Positions 61,401 to 64,000 of a stretch of 64,000 nucleotides of DNA are shown piece after piece. The notes below the pieces were generated by a model that worked only from the letters and a program-made list of their open reading frames with translations, was not told the origin of the DNA and did no database searches. Positions within the stretch are counted from its first letter, which is position 1. The number at the start of each line of letters is the position of its first letter. Origin of the DNA: Pristiophorus japonicus (lineage: Eukaryota); the NCBI RefSeq assembly GCF_044704955.1, contig NC_091982.1:62062001-62126000 (forward strand), in the 5' to 3' direction. Both the position numbers and the translations under genes were made by a program.

Positions 61401-64000
61401 ACTTCCCCGACCAGCACACACAAACTTCCCCGACCCCCACACTCACAAATTTCCCCGACCCCACACACAAACTAACCCAACCCACACACACACAAACTTC
61501 ACCGACCCACACACACAAACTTCCCCGACCCACACACACAAACTTCCCCGACCCACACACACAAACTTCCCCGACCCACACACACAAACTTCCCCGACCC
61601 ATACACACAAACTTCCCCGACCCACACACACAAACTTCCCCGACCCCCACACTCACAAATTTCCCCGACCCCCACACACAAACTTCCCCGACCCCCACAC
61701 ACACACTTCCCCGACCCCCACACACAAACTTCCCCGACCCCCACACACACAAACTTCCCCGACCCACACACACACAAACTTCCCCGACCCACACACAAAA
61801 ACTTCCCCGACCCCCACACACACAAACTTCTCCGACCCACACACACACAAATTTCCGACACCCACACACAAATTTCCCTGACACCCACACACAAACTTCC
61901 CCGACCCCCACACACAAATTTCCCCGACCCCCACACACAAACTTCCCCGACCCGCACACACAACTTCCCCGACCCCCACACTCACAAATTCCACCGACCC
62001 CCACACACAAACTAACCCGACCCACACACACACACACTTCCCCGACCCGCACACACAAACTTCCCCGACCACCACACACACACACTTGCCCGATCCCCAC
62101 ACACTCACACTTCCCCGACCCGCACACACAAACTTCCCCGACCCCCACACACACACACTTCCTCGACCCCCACACACACAAATTTCCGACACCCACACAC
62201 AAATTTCCCCAACCCTCACACACAAACTTCCCGACCAGCACACACAAACTTCCCCGACCCCCACACACACAAATTTCCGACACCCACACACAAATTTCCC
62301 CAACCCCCACACACACACTTCCCCGACCCGCACACACAAACTTCCCCGACCCCCACACACACACACTTCCCCGACCCCCACACACACACACTTCCCCGAC
62401 CCGCACACACAAACTTCCCCGACCCCCACACACACACACTTCCCCGACCCCCACACACACACACTTCCCCGACCCGCACACACAAACTTCCCCGACCCCC
62501 ACACACACACACTTCCCCGACTCGCACACACAAACTTCCCCGACCCCCACACTCAGAAATTTCCCCGACCCCCACACACAAACTTCCCCGACCCACACAC
62601 ACAAACTTCCCTGACCCCCACACACACAAACTTCCCCGACCCCCACACACACAAACTTCCCCGACCCCCACACACACAAACTTCCCCGACCCACACACAC
62701 AAACTTCCCCGACCCACACACACAAACTTCCCCGACCCACACACACACAAACTTCCCCGACCCACACACACAAACTTCCCCGACCCACACACACAAACTT
62801 CCCCGACCCCCACACACACAAACTTCCCCGACCCACACACACAAAAACTTCCCCGACCCCCACACACACAAACTTCTCCGACCCACACACACACAAATTT
62901 CCGACACCCACACACAAATTTCCCTGACCCCCACACACAAACTTCCCCGACCCGCACACACAAACTTCCCCGACCCCCACACTCACAAATTCCACCGACC
63001 CCCACACACAAACTAACCCGACCCACACACACACACACTTCCCCGACCCGCACACACAAACTTCCCCGACCCCCACACACACACACTTGCCCGACCCCCA
63101 CACACACACACTTCCCCGACCCGCACACACAAACTTCCCCGACCCCCACACACACACACTTCCTCGACCCGCACACACAAACTTCCCCGACCCCCACACA
63201 CACACACTTCCCCGACCCGCACACACAAACTTCCCCGACCCCCACACACACACACTTGCCCGACCCCCACACACACACACTTCCTCGACCCGCACACACA
63301 AACTTCCCCGACCCCCACACACACACACTTCCTCGACCCGCACACACAAACTTCCCCGACCCGCACACACAAACTTCCCCGACCCCCACACTCAGAAATT
63401 TCCCCGACCCCCACACACAAACTTCCCCGACCCACACATACAAACATCCCCCACCCACACACACAAACATCCCCCACCCACACACACAAACATCCCCGAC
63501 CCACACACACAAACATCCCCCACCCACACACACAAACATCCCCGACCCACACACACAAACATCACCGACCCACACACACAAACATCCCCCACCCACACAC
63601 ACAAACATCCCCGACCCACACACACAAACATCACCGACCCACACACACAAACATCCCCCACCCACACACACAAACATCCCCCACCCACACACACAAACAT
63701 CCTCCACCCACACACACAAACATCCCCAACCCACACACACAAACATCCCCAACCCACACACACAAACATCCCCCACCCACACACACAAACATCCCCGACC
63801 CACACACACAAACATCCCCCACCCACACACACAAACATCCACCACCCACACACACAAACATCCCCAACCCACACACACAAACATCCCCCACCCACACACA
63901 CAAACATCCCCCACCCACACACACAAACATCCCCCACCCACACACACAAACATCCCCCACCCACACACACAAACATCCCCCACCCACACACACAAACATC
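55459..64000. repeat. CA-rich ~23-bp minisatellite, >8.5 kb, two variant blocks; runs off the right edge
   Basis: AAACATCCCCCACCC variant at ~55480-56155 and ~63435-64000. AAACTTCCCCGACCC variant in between. Confidence 0.97.

Noticed and set aside
55115-63999. ORFs up to 1050 aa rich in C/V/G or H/T/P (keratin-associated or mucin-like look)
   Set aside because: Translation of a CA/GT minisatellite whose unit length is not a multiple of 3; not a gene.

Overview
Repeat-dense vertebrate genomic DNA, most likely from a cartilaginous fish (shark). This is inferred from HER1/CR1 LINEs, RTE LINEs, Deu-domain (SacSINE1/AmnSINE-like) SINEs and a shark-type MHC class I leader. I could not identify an intact host gene. 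Main contents: (1) An 8-kb, 33-bp-unit satellite (1-8036) with higher-order structure that grew out of a SINE. (2) A spliced (retrocopied), 3'-truncated MHC class I fragment (leader + alpha1 + first codons of alpha2) flanked by a 13-bp TSD (11504-12376). (3) A ~10.5-kb minus-strand endogenous retrovirus (31659-42129). It has 1.45-kb LTRs, a tRNA-Arg PBS, gag, protease, RT and tether, an internal deletion of the integrase core, and an env with class I fusion-protein architecture (lokiretrovirus-like) preceded by an apparent immunoglobulin-like domain. (4) A solo LTR containing a near-perfect 254-bp inverted duplication (26655-27544). (5) Nested CR1, RTE, L2, Gypsy, Harbinger-like and Penelope-like remnants. 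(6) Two arrays of a CA-rich ~23-bp minisatellite (50590-51921 and 55459-64000). Nearly all long ORFs in the repeat arrays are artefacts. All family assignments were made by eye and from recall, without database searches.
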